Positions 62,171-64,000 of a stretch of 64,000 nt of DNA are shown here, one piece after another. A model generated the notes under the pieces. That model was not told where the DNA came from and made no database searches. It worked only from the letters and a program-made list of their open reading frames with translations. The position numbers and the translations under genes are program-made. The stretch's first letter is position 1. Each line of letters opens with the position of its first letter. The stretch comes from Octopus sinensis (Eukaryota). Location: NCBI RefSeq assembly GCF_006345805.1, contig NC_043010.1:28954001-29018000 (forward strand). The letters run 5' to 3'.

Positions 62171-62320
62171 CGCCGAGGTCGACTTTGCCTTTCATCCTTT
62201 AGGGGTCGATAAATTAAGTACCAGTTGCGCACTGGGGTCGATATAATCGACTTAATCCGTTTGTCTGTCCTTGTTTGTCCCCTCTGTGTGTAGCCCCTTG
62301 TGGGTAGTAAAGAAATATAT
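62171..62320 (+). mobile_element. 5'-truncated SINE type B with a Tx1-like tail
   Basis: Core GTCGACTTTGCCTTTCATCCTTTAGGGGTCGATAAATTAAGTACC, then TTGTCCCCTCTGTGTGTAGCCCCTTGTGGGTAGTAAAGAAATATAT; same subtype as 38796-39022. Confidence 0.8.
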
Positions 62321-62799
62321 TTAAGACGACGTTATACACTCTTCTCACATTGGACATTTAAACCATGATCTACTTCGGTGCTATGAAAAGGCTCGTGATG
62401 ACCACTCTGTCGATTATACAGAGTGGCTAAATAAATACTGGGTTGAGGCCACCACCCAAACATAATCGATCTTCTCAAATTACTGAGAACCAGCCAAAAT
62501 CTGCCGTAAGAGAGAGACATCCCCAAACAATGTAAACATGGCTAAACTCCCGTATATCTCCGCATGCAGCTTATTCAATAGAGACGGTAGTCGAATATAT
62601 TCAGTTAAAGAATGTTTTGAAATTATGCTTCATAAAAACTTTTCCAGTTTTTCTAAACTGTCGTGAAGAAAAAGCCTATCGCTTTCCTGTTGAAAGTTAT
62701 TGATGATGTTGCTTGAGAGCTGTTGTTATTACTTTTAAAGAGAAATCGGTAATGCACGTTCTAATGAAATTAGTATACGGAAGCAACATAGATGGGAAA

Positions 62800-64000
62800 T
62801 AAAAATATCAACAAACCACGTTGCCATACTGGATGGTTAACCACGATACTGAAATGTAAGGCAATAATTAGTTCCAGGATCATTCTGAATCCAACATAGC
62901 GACTAATGAGCAGGCAGGTGGAAAGAAAAGAGTGAGGATGTATCAAGGAACTTTTGACAAACAAAATTGTGATGTCTAACATGAGAAAACGCTGCAGAAA
63001 CCTTGCTCCAGTATGGTTTGAAGCATTCAAGCCTATTCACCACTCACTGTTGCCGAGTCTCTGCAACTGGCAAAAGTACCTGCTACCTTAGCTGCTGCCA
63101 TTGAGAAGCTCACAAAACTTGGGCAATAATCCCCACACAACTGAAAGCGGAATGAGTGTCTCCTACGTATGTTATAAATATTTCAAAAAGAAAATTCCAA
63201 GGAGATAGTTTTTATGAAGTTCTGTTCATTTTAGCATTAAATTCGTTATCATTCCTGTCACAAAAATCTAGTGGCCTCATGCTAGAGTCTGGAGCTGCTA
63301 GAAATATCAATGCAACCCATAATTTCTTTGTGAATAACCTAAAAATCTATGCCAAAAATGTTTTGCAATGCCCCAACCCCAATAAAAAAACTCAGGACTT
63401 AACATTTTCAGCTGATATAGGAATGGAATTTCATCAAAAGAAGTGCTAGTATTTCTTTCATGAATATAGAAAATCAGTCTTCCAGACTCCAAACCTATGC
63501 ATCTCTCCTGTTCTCTGTCTCTCTATCTCTCCTGTTCGATAAAATGAATGTTACAAATATCGAAGCATAACTGAAAATATGCCATACTAAGGTGCTGTGA
63601 TAAAGTTAGTGTGACTCGAGAATATTACACCAGATTAAGAAAAACAATGCCATTGGAGCTTATCTTCTGACAAGACAATATTCCACAATGCATTGGCAGT
63701 GTCAGTGCTGATACAAAACTTAGGATATTCAACTGATCTGTCCAGGAAATCCACTCCATAAACATTAAAACTTTTAAGATCCTGACATTAACAGGGAACT
63801 TCCATAGAAACAATGATATTGATAGGCACTACGGAAGAAGAGACGAAGGAAGTAGAGGCGGAGATCAGTGCAGACAGACTTCGAATGGCGCATATTATCT
63901 CTCAGACAACAGATGCTAAACAACAACTGCAAAAATAAATATATAAACCTGGTGTTGAAAAGCGAAGAGAATAATATTCTACGGGCCAGCAGGGAGTTCC
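62800..64000 (+). pseudogene. Highly degenerate RT remnant, R4/Dong-like non-LTR clade
   Basis: Pieces GCIKELLTNK...RNLAPVWFEAFK, KFQGDSFYEVLFILALNSLS, HNFFVNNLKIYAK, FSADIGMEF..KKC, CYKY, ALAVSVL and NDIDRHYGRRDEGSRG resemble GIFQGDSLSPL, HLLYMDDLKLYA and DVDRLY..R..GGRG motifs. Confidence 0.6.

Overview
AT-rich, microsatellite- and retroposon-dense eukaryotic DNA. The repeat repertoire and composition look like an Octopus (coleoid cephalopod) genome, which is my inference. Only one host protein-coding region is well supported: a single-exon CDS on the minus strand (44082-45941) for a C2H2 zinc-finger protein with two near-duplicate three-finger arrays joined by a poly-Q/S/T/A linker. Most other long ORFs come from non-LTR retrotransposons: four Tx1/L1-clade copies, two HERO-like (R2 superfamily) fragments and an R4/Dong-like RT remnant. 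There is also a Helitron Rep fragment, two TTAA MITEs, many tRNA-derived SINEs of at least two body types, and Penelope-like remnants with hammerhead ribozyme motifs and perfect fold-back palindromes. The most interesting observations are: (1) a near-full-length Tx1-clade LINE (56411-61844) sitting precisely inside a (TATC)n microsatellite, plus a second copy flanked by (AAT)n, suggesting microsatellite-targeting Tx1 lineages; (2) a SINE subtype whose 3' tail matches these Tx1 3' ends, suggesting a SINE/LINE partnership with tail swapping; (3) a tRNA-headed, hammerhead-containing non-autonomous element present as an inverted pair (13385-13832); (4) the bivalent zinc-finger architecture, with an overlapping uORF in its leader. 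No database searches or folding computations were run; family names come from motif recognition, and most element boundaries are approximate.
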